64,000 nucleotides of DNA from Candidatus Kerfeldbacteria bacterium. Lineage in GTDB: Bacteria > Patescibacteriota > Patescibacteriia > SBBC01 > CAIJZX01. The notes below the pieces were generated by a model that saw nothing but the letters and a program-made list of their open reading frames with translations, ran no database searches and was not told the DNA's origin. Below, in pieces: positions 55,657 through 64,000 of this stretch; the first letter of the stretch is position 1; each line of letters opens with the position of its first letter. The stretch lies in contig JACPSJ010000001.1 of assembly GCA_016193315.1 (NCBI GenBank), positions 727,478-791,477 on the forward strand, read 5' to 3'. Both the position numbers and the translations under genes were made by a program.

Positions 55657-56705
55657 GGTGCGACGGAACTATAGAGTGTCTCCAGCCGGCCAACCAGCGC
55701 CGACCAGGAATGTTCTGTGACCAACGTCTGCTGAGTCTGGCTGGTTGGTTGATGGTCAACTGGTAGTTGCCGGATCCAGTCGAGCCAGCGGCCAACATCA
55801 TCCAGCGACGCGTAGCGAATTACTTCGCCATACACCGCCCGCAGCGATGGTATGTCCGCCGCAATCACCGGGGTTCCACAGGCCAGTGATTCTAGAATCG
55901 GGAGCGCGAAACTCTCGTCGATTGAAGGTTGCAGCAGGCCACGGGCGTTCTGGTATAGCGCTACAAGCTGGGCGCTACCGAACTCGAGACGGGGGGTAAA
56001 AGAAAAATGGGCTGACACGGTACGGCCACGTAGGGCTCGCCGAAAATCAATGGCGGCCGCACCGACCACGACGCACCTGATGCCGGCCTGCTCGATGATC
56101 GCGTTCAGCAAGGGTACGTTTTTGTACGGCGCCGCGCTCCCAACGTACAGCAGGTAATCGCGGGTCGGATGCGCGGCCGGCACAAATCTGGTCACGTCCA
56201 CCCCGTTCGGGATGATTGACAGACGGCGCGGATCGACATGGAATCGTGATCGGATGCGGCTGGCCACGTCGGGGCTAATAGCCAGAATCTGCTGGGCGCG
56301 TTTGATCGAACCTGGCACCACGAACATCTTACTCCACCATTGCCCGGGGGCGAACCATTCGGGATGGGTGTAAATACTGATATCGTGCGCCGTGGTGACG
56401 AACGGCTGATAGTAGGTTAATGGCACGTTTAAGTGGGGGAAATGCATCAGGTCGAACCCCTGAGATCGTAGTCGTGAGGGAAAGTAGCCGTGCTCCCAAA
56501 TGACTGGCAGAAACCGTTTGACGCGTCCGCGAACGGACAGTGTTTTGATCGTCGCCGGTATCCAGGTTGTATCCTGAGCCCGGTCGACCACGGCCGTGTA
56601 CGAATGCCGCGTGCCATAGCGCCCAAGCGAACGAACGAGGTCGAACGTGTAACGGCCGATCCCGCCAGCCGAGGCGGCGTTTCTAGCGTCGATGCCGATA
56701 CGCAT
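55653..56705 (-). CDS. GT4 family glycosyltransferase
   Basis: MRIGID, GIGRY, PSIDESFALPILESLACGTP. Confidence 0.9.
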   Translation of the reverse strand: MRIGIDARNAASAGGIGRYTFDLVRSLGRYGTRHSYTAVVDRAQDTTWIPATIKTLSVRGRVKRFLPVIWEHGYFPSRLRSQGFDLMHFPHLNVPLTYYQPFVTTAHDISIYTHPEWFAPGQWWSKMFVVPGSIKRAQQILAISPDVASRIRSRFHVDPRRLSIIPNGVDVTRFVPAAHPTRDYLLYVGSAAPYKNVPLLNAIIEQAGIRCVVVGAAAIDFRRALRGRTVSAHFSFTPRLEFGSAQLVALYQNARGLLQPSIDESFALPILESLACGTPVIAADIPSLRAVYGEVIRYASLDDVGRWLDWIRQLPVDHQPTSQTQQTLVTEHSWSALVGRLETLYSSVAP

Positions 56706-56851
56706 GGAAAGGGAAGAAGATAGATTTAGGATTAAAGATTTAGGTCCGGTTTTAGGCCTTTAGCGCTCCCCTGGTGCAACTTTAATCTTTAACCTTAAAC
56801 CTGCCGGGCCTCACATCCTCTCCGGGCAACTGACGCCCATCAATCATAGCA

Positions 56852-57304
56852 CTATTCGGCCCACCGGATTTCTAATGTTTCATCATCCTCTGCCCCCTGG
56901 CCGTAGTAACGATGAACATCAAAGTGGAGGTATGGGCCTAACCCACCAAGCCATCCGGTGGCACCAGCGTATCCAATAACTTGTCCTCGGCTGATCGTAT
57001 CGCCCACCTTGACAAGTGAACCATGTTGTTTGAGATGTTCATAAATCGAATACTCCTCTCCTTCGTGTTGGATTTCTATGTAATTTCCCATTTGGTCGAA
57101 GCGCGGATCGTCCCCGCCCTGATCAGAATCTTGTCGGACATCAACCACCACCCCTCCGCGGGAGCCCCTAATTGGAGTTCCGACAGGAATAATAAAATCG
57201 ACTGCCTTCTGAAGACGGCCTTTGTGAGCGGGCGATCGATCGAACGTCATTAGAGCTGCAGCAGATGCATCCACCGGGCGGTTATATTTACCTTGAGTTT
57301 TCAT
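56852..57304 (-). CDS. M23 family peptidase
   Basis: HxxxxxxAVDF, GNYIEIQH, YEHL, YLHF (HxH motif altered to YLH). Confidence 0.8.
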   Translation of the reverse strand: MKTQGKYNRPVDASAAALMTFDRSPAHKGRLQKAVDFIIPVGTPIRGSRGGVVVDVRQDSDQGGDDPRFDQMGNYIEIQHEGEEYSIYEHLKQHGSLVKVGDTISRGQVIGYAGATGWLGGLGPYLHFDVHRYYGQGAEDDETLEIRWAE

Positions 57305-57324
57305 AAGGAAGGTTGGGCGGGAAT

Positions 57325-58947
57325 TCACATTCTTTCGGGGCAAGTTACACCCATCAACCCCAACACTCTCTCCAGCACCTGGCGTGTCACTCGAACTAGC
57401 TGCAACCGGTGAGCCCAGACCGTGCCTGTATCAATCACTCGGCATTGGGTGTAGAATTCGTGGAACTTGGTCGCTAAGTCAAGACTATAGAACGGCAGTT
57501 TTTGGGTTTCGTGGCTAACTGCAACCTCCGCCACCACGGTCGGGAAGTAGAGCAACGCCTTCACCAACCTCAGTTCACTCGGCTGCGGCGGTTCTTTTGA
57601 TCGCTGGACTGGCAGGCTGGCCGCGTTTTTCAGAATGCCCGCCAACCGTGCCCCCGCGTACTGGACGTAGTAGACCGGATTTTTTTCCGACCGCTCTTTG
57701 GCCAGGGTGATGTCAAAATCCATGTGCGTATTCGGCGCGTGCATCAAGAAAAAGAATCGCGCTGCGTCCAGACCGACTTCGTCAACCACTTCTTCCAGGG
57801 TGACATACGTGCCTGCCCGCTTTGACATCTTCACCTCGTGGCCATCACGGATCAGCCGCACCAGCTGGACAATTTCCGCGTCGAGTTGATGGGCGAAGCC
57901 GAGCGCGGCCATGGCCGCCTTCAGGCGTCGAACGTAGCCATGGTGATCGGCGCCGAGGTACAAAATCTCCCGCTTGACGCCGCGGATGGCGAATCGATCC
58001 CAACGCAACGCGATGTCTGACAGAAAATACGTTTTCTCACCGTCCTTCTTGATCAGCACCCGATCTTTATCGTCGCCAAAAGCCGTCGTCCGGAACCACA
58101 GCGCGCCGTCTTTATGCGCCAATAAATCATGGCGCCGGAGTTCGTCAACTACTTTCACATCGAGCTTCTCGGCATACAAGCTGCTCTCCCGAACCCAGCG
58201 GTCAAACTCGACCTTCAATTTCTTCGCTACCACGCGCTGGATATCACGAATCATGATGTTCAGGATTCGACTTTTGATCCGATCACGAATGGTCATCATG
58301 TCCTGGAGTTTCAAGCGATCGATCTTCAGCTGTTTCGCCAAGTCGGTAACGTATTCTCCTTGGTAGCAGTAATCGGGATACTCGGTCGGTATTCCTTTGA
58401 ATTGGAAATATCGGCGAATGACCGATTCGGCCAGGATGTTGACCTGTTGGCCGATATCATTGAGGTAGAACTCGCGGCTGACCCGCCACCCGCTGATGGC
58501 CAACACATTCGACATCGTGTCACCAGCAAAAGCGCCGCGGCCATTGCCGAGCGTCATTGGCCCGGTTGGGTTGGCGGAGATGAATTCGACCAAGATTTTG
58601 CCGCCCCGTCCGGCATCGTTGTGTCCAAATTTTCGATCAGCCGCGATCTTCGGAGCATAAGACATCAGCCATTTCGGCGATAACCAAAAATTAATGAAGC
58701 CCGGACTGGCCACCTCGGCTTTGGCGAGAATCGATACCTTGCCCATCTGCGCCAGGATGTGTTGCGCGACTTCTATCGGCGGTTGTTTTACCATCGGGCC
58801 GAGCTTCAACGCCACCGACGAGGCGTAGTGGCCGAACCGCTCGGCTGGCGCCGGCTCGATTGCCACCTCGACTTCCCCAACCGCTGGGTACGCTCGGCGG
58901 ATTGACTCGGACAATAACTGACGCAATCGGTCGACCGGCAGAATCAT
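57325..58947 (-). CDS. argS: arginine--tRNA ligase
   Basis: EFISANPTGP, GADHHGY, KMSKRAG, NPVYYVQY. Confidence 0.96.
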   Translation of the reverse strand: MILPVDRLRQLLSESIRRAYPAVGEVEVAIEPAPAERFGHYASSVALKLGPMVKQPPIEVAQHILAQMGKVSILAKAEVASPGFINFWLSPKWLMSYAPKIAADRKFGHNDAGRGGKILVEFISANPTGPMTLGNGRGAFAGDTMSNVLAISGWRVSREFYLNDIGQQVNILAESVIRRYFQFKGIPTEYPDYCYQGEYVTDLAKQLKIDRLKLQDMMTIRDRIKSRILNIMIRDIQRVVAKKLKVEFDRWVRESSLYAEKLDVKVVDELRRHDLLAHKDGALWFRTTAFGDDKDRVLIKKDGEKTYFLSDIALRWDRFAIRGVKREILYLGADHHGYVRRLKAAMAALGFAHQLDAEIVQLVRLIRDGHEVKMSKRAGTYVTLEEVVDEVGLDAARFFFLMHAPNTHMDFDITLAKERSEKNPVYYVQYAGARLAGILKNAASLPVQRSKEPPQPSELRLVKALLYFPTVVAEVAVSHETQKLPFYSLDLATKFHEFYTQCRVIDTGTVWAHRLQLVRVTRQVLERVLGLMGVTCPERM

Positions 58948-58992
58948 GCGCTCATTATACACTACCCCTTGAAGCCGTGATACACTGCGGTC

Positions 58993-59439
58993 ATGCCCAC
59001 ACTCGCTACGAACCGCGACGCTCGACATCGCTATCGCATCCTCGAAACCCTCCAGGCTGGTATGGTGTTGACCGGTCCGGAGGTAAAATCAATCAAGGAT
59101 GGCAACGTGTCTCTCAAGGGCAGCTATGCCACCATCATCGGCCGTGAGCTGTGGCTGGTCAATGCCCATGTCGGCGCGTACAAACCGGCTGGGCCGATGA
59201 AACACGACCCGACCCGCAGCCGCAAGCTGCTGGTCCGACGGTCGGACATTGATCGGCTGATCGGCACGCTCAAAAGCCAGGGCGTAACCTTGGTGCCGCT
59301 GTCGGTATTCAGCCACCGCGGATTGATCAAAGTCGAACTCGGCCTCGGTCGGGGCAAAGGGAAAAAAGACAAGCGTGAGACAATCAAGCGTCGAGAAGTC
59401 GAAAGAAAAATCGGCCGGGCGCTCCGTCAGAAGGTCTGA
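58993..59439 (+). CDS. smpB: SsrA-binding protein
   Basis: NRDARHRY, AGMVLTGPEVKS, RSRKLL, DKRETIK. Confidence 0.97.
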   Translation: MPTLATNRDARHRYRILETLQAGMVLTGPEVKSIKDGNVSLKGSYATIIGRELWLVNAHVGAYKPAGPMKHDPTRSRKLLVRRSDIDRLIGTLKSQGVTLVPLSVFSHRGLIKVELGLGRGKGKKDKRETIKRREVERKIGRALRQKV

Positions 59440-59475
59440 CTTCACGCCAAACACCCGGTGGTCGCCCGGGGTTGA

Positions 59476-59555
59476 CCCCGTTAGAGCGACCTTCGAAATA
59501 CTTCAAATGCAGGGTTAGTTAGAAAGAAATCTTTCTCGCTCACGCTCTAACGGGG
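59476..59555. repeat. inverted-repeat element CCCCGTTAGAGCG...CGCTCTAACGGGG
   Basis: 13-bp perfect terminal inverted repeat; direct repeat CGGGGTTGAC at 59467 and 59551. Confidence 0.75.
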
Positions 59556-59660
59556 TTGACGGAAAAACAAGATCAGAGTAAATTCTCGGTCATCTTAGCA
59601 CGTTCACCGCGGTCAGCGCGATCGCGCTGCATACCGAATCATGGGAGGGAGGAGTCCACC

Positions 59661-59900
59661 ATGGTCATCCCCGACCCGTCCGAATGCGACGAGCGTGAAC
59701 TGCCCTTTTGGCTCAGGTTTTGGAACACGGCCCTGGTTGCGGCACTGCTTGTCCCCCTGGCGGTTCTGCTCTACAGCCGGCCGAATGTCATCGTGGCGCG
59801 ATACTGCATCTGGATTTTCTTCGCTGGCACCGCCGGACTCGTCCTCACGGCCTTCATCGCCTATCTTCAAACCGGGCCAGCTCCCCGCTCGACTACATAA
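59661..59900 (+). CDS. small 2-TM membrane protein
   Basis: TTGACG-17-TAAATT promoter, GGAGGAG SD, stop codon in terminator loop. Confidence 0.6.
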   Translation: MVIPDPSECDERELPFWLRFWNTALVAALLVPLAVLLYSRPNVIVARYCIWIFFAGTAGLVLTAFIAYLQTGPAPRSTT

Positions 59901-60056
59901 CGTCGGCGGTTTTTTATTGACAAAACTATTGATTTCCGTTACACTGATTTTCTGAACGTTGGACATTCGCTACAAGCAGGAGTCAGCTCTCGGAAATCTG
60001 AGGTCCGGGTTTGGACTTTCTGACTTCCGACCTCTAACCCCCGACCTCTGCTCGTC

Positions 60057-60460
60057 GGGGATGTACAACAGTTGATCGATCGTTGACAGTCCATCGCGCT
60101 CATGCCGACACGCCCACGCCGTCGTTACTGTGTGGGAACATGAGAAGTGCCAATACACTTTTCAGCAGGCTGAAGACCGCGGTCGCTTCGGCGTTCCGCG
60201 CGCCTTTGCTTGCGCCTGCCTTTGCCTAAACAGTAAGGGCCATCCGTCCGGTTGACTCCGACTAGACCGATCGCGGGTGTCACCTCAGTCGGACCAGTGG
60301 TGAAACGTTCAGACTCATCACCGCGTACCTTCTGAACACCGTCGTCAGGATTCTTGTCCGTTCTTGACCTGATGGCGCGTACTGAGAACGGGCTGAGCAT
60401 GGAAGCCAGCGTGATGGATGGTCCGTCGAGACGCGGGTGCAAGACCCGCCATCTCCACCA
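60057..60460 (+). ncRNA. ssrA: tmRNA
   Basis: Acceptor GGGGATG/CATCTCC with G3-U pair and ACCA end; tag ORF 60149-60229 ANTLFSRLKTAVASAFRAPLLAPAFA; near smpB. Confidence 0.92.
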
Positions 60461-60576
60461 GGTAAAATGCCGCCGCAGGCGGCATCACCTGGCAAGCCAC
60501 GGCGTGGCGAAGCCAGGTGTTCCGCGCAGCGGAATTACCTGGTGGCCAGGTGGTCGCGTTGCGCGACTTTACCTGG
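60458..60576. repeat. array of three CCAGGT...ACCTGG hairpins
   Basis: Units 60458-60492, 60513-60542 and 60546-60576 with different inner stems. Confidence 0.8.
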
Positions 60577-60622
60577 CAAAGTATCAAAGTATGTATGTGG
60601 CTTGGGCTAAGTCCATTTCACG

Positions 60623-60880
60623 ATGTTTTACGTTTACCTCATTGAAAGTCAGCTCGATGGCTACTGGTACATCGGCTTCACGACTCACCTCAATAAGCGC
60701 GTTGCCAAACATAACCGCGGCGAAGTGACTTCGACTTCTTCTCGAAAGCCGTGGCGCCTAATTTACGCCGAGTTCTATCGGAACAAGTCTGACGCACTGG
60801 GTCGCGAAAAGTTTCTAAAGTGCGGCGCCGGCCTGCGTTTTCTAAAAAAGCAACTCCGCCACCACCTTAACGGCCGTTGA
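60623..60880 (+). CDS. stand-alone GIY-YIG nuclease
   Basis: FYVYLI...WYIGFT...RVAKHN...ALGREKFLK. Confidence 0.92.
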   Translation: MFYVYLIESQLDGYWYIGFTTHLNKRVAKHNRGEVTSTSSRKPWRLIYAEFYRNKSDALGREKFLKCGAGLRFLKKQLRHHLNGR

Positions 60881-60919
60881 CACCCAAAACAGCGATCATA
60901 GACTGGGCATGAAAGAAGA

Positions 60920-61543
60920 ATGACACATCGCCCAGGACTTACCCTCACCCCAGTCCTCATCGCCTTCCTAGCCGTGGTGGCGTTTTTGGTGGTCTTGAAT
61001 TTTTCCATTCCGGCAGCCAAGCAGTCTGCCTCCACGAACCGCAATACGAGCAACACCTCCTCCTACGTTCCGGCCCCTGGCCACGAGAACGTCAATGAGA
61101 TGGTTGTGGTGAATGCGAATTCTACGAATGTGAATACGAACGTTGCGAATGTAAACGCTCCATCCGACCTCACCGCCGGCTGGACGACGTACTCGAACTC
61201 GACGCTGGGTTACTCAATTCAATATCCACCCGATTGGACGCAATCTGTGGTTGACGATGCCGTTCTCATCGTGCCGCCAGAAACAGTGGTCGCCGGGTAC
61301 GCCGAGGGTAGTATCCGTCTGCTGGTCCAAAAAGTCCCCACCATCTCAACTGACCTAGTGACAAATTCAAGCAACATTACCATCAACGGCCTGTCGGCGA
61401 CCCAGCAAACGGAAGGGGGCTTACGAATATACACTGCCACATACTTCCAGAAGGGCAACGAGTATGTTCAGGTTATTTACGAACAAGACGCAAACAGACC
61501 AGAATTCCCCCTCATTCTTACATCCTTTGCCTTCACCCAGTAA
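60920..61543 (+). CDS. membrane-anchored PsbP-like domain protein
   Basis: N-terminal TM, Asn-rich linker, WTTYSNSTLGYSIQYPPDW, ILTSFAF. Confidence 0.75.
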   Translation: MTHRPGLTLTPVLIAFLAVVAFLVVLNFSIPAAKQSASTNRNTSNTSSYVPAPGHENVNEMVVVNANSTNVNTNVANVNAPSDLTAGWTTYSNSTLGYSIQYPPDWTQSVVDDAVLIVPPETVVAGYAEGSIRLLVQKVPTISTDLVTNSSNITINGLSATQQTEGGLRIYTATYFQKGNEYVQVIYEQDANRPEFPLILTSFAFTQ

Positions 61544-61563
61544 ATGAGCCAAAAAACCACCCC

Positions 61564-61756
61564 TTGCACCCCAAACTCCCCTCCGCTATACTGATTTCCA
61601 GATTCTGCCATCGTTGACTAGTAATCCCCACCACAATTCAGACTAGGTGCTCGACACCCCTCAGTAATGCTGGGTCGAGCGCCCTGAGCCAGTGCTCGGG
61701 CATCGTTCTTGGACCTCCCTCGCGGAGGGCCTGGTTTAGCATTTAGACTGTCAGCT
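61564..61756 (+). promoter_or_regulatory. promoter and structured leader of infC
   Basis: TTGCAC-17-TATACT followed by several hairpins. Confidence 0.55.
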
Positions 61757-62269
61757 ATTCCACCGAAACGCTACAGAGTAAACCAGCAGATTCGCGTGCC
61801 GCAGGTCGTCGTCATTGACGATCAAGCGAAGCATCTGGGCGAGATGGACACCGTCCAGGCCCTGGCCCTGGCCCAGGAGCGGGGTTTGGATTTAGTCGAG
61901 GTGGCGCCGATGGCTCGGCCACCAGTCTGCAAAATCCTCGATTTCGGGGCGTTCATCTACCAGCAGGAGCGGCAGCAACGGAAAGCGCGGGCCGGGCAGA
62001 AGAAAGTCGACCTCAAGGGGGTCCGCCTCACCTTCGGCATCGGTCACCACGACCGGGAACGCCAACGCCTCTTGGCGCTCAAATTCCTCGAGGAAGGCCA
62101 TAAAGTCCAGGTAGAATTGCGTCTCCGCGGCCGCCAGAATGCCCATCGTCAACTCGCTCAGAAAAACGTTGGCCAGTTCATCACTGATCTTGGTGATCAG
62201 GTGGTGACCGAACAACCTATCAACATCCTCGGCAATCGGATTACGGCAATTGTGGGGAGAAAGAAATAA
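61757..62269 (+). CDS. infC: translation initiation factor IF-3 (ATT start)
   Basis: RVNQQIR, LDLVEV, PPVCKILD; no in-frame ATG at the expected position; ATT start is typical of infC. Confidence 0.93.
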   Translation: MPPKRYRVNQQIRVPQVVVIDDQAKHLGEMDTVQALALAQERGLDLVEVAPMARPPVCKILDFGAFIYQQERQQRKARAGQKKVDLKGVRLTFGIGHHDRERQRLLALKFLEEGHKVQVELRLRGRQNAHRQLAQKNVGQFITDLGDQVVTEQPINILGNRITAIVGRKK

Positions 62270-62354
62270 TTCTCCCCATCGCGCGCCCACGGTGGGCCGA
62301 AGGTTTGGCCCCGTCCTTGACGTCAATTAGTTGATTCGGTATTATTGCCCTCTC

Positions 62355-62552
62355 ATGCCCAAACTCAAGACCCACCAAGCCACCGCCAAGCGCGTCCGGT
62401 TCACCGGTCGCTCCCGTTTGTTGAAGCGCAAAGCCGGGCAGGATCATTTCAACGCCCGCGAATCCGGCGTGACGACGATGCGGAAACGCCGAGACGTGTC
62501 GCTCCACCCAGCTGACGCCAAGGCGGCTCGCCGGCTTGCCCCCTATCGCTAG
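62355..62552 (+). CDS. rpmI: 50S ribosomal protein L35
   Basis: MPKLKTHQATAKR; between infC and rplT. Confidence 0.95.
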   Translation: MPKLKTHQATAKRVRFTGRSRLLKRKAGQDHFNARESGVTTMRKRRDVSLHPADAKAARRLAPYR

Positions 62553-62563
62553 ATTCTTGCGCT

Positions 62564-62908
62564 ATGAGAGTCAAGCGGGGAGTCACACACCTTCGGCGCC
62601 GAAAGCGCCTGTTGAAGTTGACGAAAGGCTACCGCTGGCGTCGAAAAACTTCGATCCGTCTGGCCCGCCAAGCGGCCATTCGCGCCGGTCAGCACGCGTA
62701 CCGTCACCGCCGGCTGAAGAAACGGGACTTCCGGGGCTTGTGGCAAATCCGTATTAACGCCGCCGTCCGGCCGTTTGGCTTGAACTACAGTCAGTTCATC
62801 CATAAACTCAAGAACGCTCAGGTCGAGGTCGATCGGAAAATCTTGGCCCAGTTGGCGGTCGAGCAGCCCGAGGTTTTTCGGGCCATCGTTCAGAAGATCA
62901 AGAGTTAG
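62564..62908 (+). CDS. rplT: 50S ribosomal protein L20
   Basis: MRVKRG, KKRDFRGLWQIRINAA, DRKILA. Confidence 0.97.
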   Translation: MRVKRGVTHLRRRKRLLKLTKGYRWRRKTSIRLARQAAIRAGQHAYRHRRLKKRDFRGLWQIRINAAVRPFGLNYSQFIHKLKNAQVEVDRKILAQLAVEQPEVFRAIVQKIKS

Positions 62909-63022
62909 ACGGGTATCCAAAGACAGCTTACAGCCTTGTGGCTGAGGGTTGTTTGTAGTGGGCCCGAACCCGCACCAGGCCCTTGACTTGATCGGGGGTG
63001 CGCAGCAATCTCTCCCCCGTGA

Positions 63023-63057
63023 CCCCGTATGGTTCTCGCTTCGCTCGAACCATGGGG
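63023..63057. repeat. REP-like palindrome
   Basis: CCCCGTATGGTTC-TCGCTTCGCTC-GAACCATGGGG; the GCTTCGCTC core also occurs in the ileS insert. Confidence 0.65.
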
Positions 63058-63083
63058 CAGGCAAGAGGGCTCGTTTCGCTCTG

Positions 63084-63158
63084 CGGACCCAAGGGGATTT
63101 GAACCCCTGATCTTCTCCGTGACAGGGAGACGTGTTAACCGGGCTACACTATGGGTCC
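63084..63158 (-). tRNA. tRNA-Asp(GTC), intact
   Basis: GGACCCA/TGGGTCC, anticodon arm TCTCC-CTGTCAC-GGAGA, T-arm AGGGG-TTCAAAT-CCCCT. Confidence 0.95.
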
Positions 63159-63176
63159 GCAGAGCGGATGAACTTT

Positions 63177-63243
63177 GCTGCGTGCCTCGCCCGTAAATTC
63201 GCGTTAGCGAATTGTACGGGCTTAACCACTACACCAACGGTCC
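63177..63243 (-). pseudogene. tRNA 5' half (Glu/Asp-like) with hairpin inserted at the D-loop
   Basis: GGACCGTTGGTGTAGTGGTTAA-[hairpin]-CACGCAGC, no 3' half. Confidence 0.65.
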
Positions 63244-63285
63244 GCATGAAGCGGGACAGGCCGGGAGACTCTAGATAAAAAGAAT

Positions 63286-63356
63286 GGAGACGTGCGTCAG
63301 TCCCGCACCCGAGTGAAACGAGCGGTGCGGGATTAACCGGACTACAGTATGGGTCC
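63286..63356 (-). pseudogene. tRNA-Asp 5' half with hairpin inserted at the D-loop
   Basis: GGACCCATACTGTAGTCCGGTTAA-[hairpin]-CACGTCTCC, near-identical to the 5' half of the intact tRNA-Asp. Confidence 0.7.
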
Positions 63357-63689
63357 GCGTTTGCGCCAGGTTCTTCTTGGCATGCCTGGCCCGTAGACCG
63401 GCGCGCGGCGACGGCTGTACGGAGCTAGCTGGGTTTCATTACGACACACTCTGCGAGCCATCACCGGCCTGGAAATTTGGCAGGGCGATTGTAGCATGGA
63501 AGTCGACATCCGTCCAGCCGCCTAGCAAACGCAAACCAGACCGGGCCGGAAACGTAGGCCGCCGGGTCCAACCACTATCCCAACCACCAGCCCACGGAGA
63601 TCGACGACTATTGCCCACCACCCTCGGCCGTGTATTTCAATCGACACGTCTAATCGCTTATCGTATACTGGAAACGCGGCTTCGAAGAC

Positions 63690-64000
63690 ATGAACCTCTC
63701 GTCGCTATTTCTCAACGAACAACCTATTGCCGGTCTTGAGGTCAGAGACACCTGCCTCCGATTGGCCCTGCTATCAACTCCTGGCGGCAAACCCCAGGGT
63801 GCGCAACTGCGGGCCGTGGCCGAAGAAAACCTGCCGGTCGGAGTTATCCGGCAGGGCGTGCTTCACGATCCGCGTTCGTTTGCCCAATCCCTCAAGAGAC
63901 TGAGGGCCAGGGCGGGCGCGAGGATTCGCTATGTCATCCTATCCTTACCGGCCGACGTCGTCTACAGCCGGGTCTTTTCTCTCCCCGGTACCCTCGACGC
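63690..64000 (+). CDS. PilM-like type IV pilus assembly protein (partial)
   Basis: Hand translation MNLSSLFLNEQPIAGLEVRDTCLRLALL...LPVGVIRQG...VILSLP. Confidence 0.65.
   Translation, partial: MNLSSLFLNEQPIAGLEVRDTCLRLALLSTPGGKPQGAQLRAVAEENLPVGVIRQGVLHDPRSFAQSLKRLRARAGARIRYVILSLPADVVYSRVFSLPGTLD

Noticed and set aside
60458-60576. CRISPR array
   Set aside because: Only 6-bp conserved ends, units are self-complementary, no constant repeat-spacer period, no cas genes in the window.

Overview
Moderately high-GC bacterial chromosome segment. Gene content points to Patescibacteria/CPR (inference): housekeeping genes with almost no biosynthesis, glyQS-type GlyRS, histidine-phosphatase-fused IleRS, membrane-anchored Clp ATPase and a pilM-like gene. 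Core genes are gyrB, pheST, a UvrD-nuclease fusion, the F1Fo atp operon, rmuC, tatD, metG, rsmI, glyQS, recO, ileS, murJ, argS, smpB, ssrA and infC-rpmI-rplT. Many solitary orphan genes are interspersed, each with its own promoter, Shine-Dalgarno and terminator. The most unusual signal is non-coding. Three tRNA genes at 11.15-11.63 kb are each interrupted by a structured insert, two of them at the same T-loop position. Two tRNA 5' halves at 63.2-63.4 kb carry hairpins at the same D-loop position. The tRNA-Thr insert recurs twice at 34.6-34.9 kb with compensatory base changes. Related palindromes sit in frame inside ileS and form an array between tmRNA and a stand-alone GIY-YIG nuclease. No CRISPR array, rRNA, integrase or transposase was seen. 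All calls are by eye; no database searches were run.
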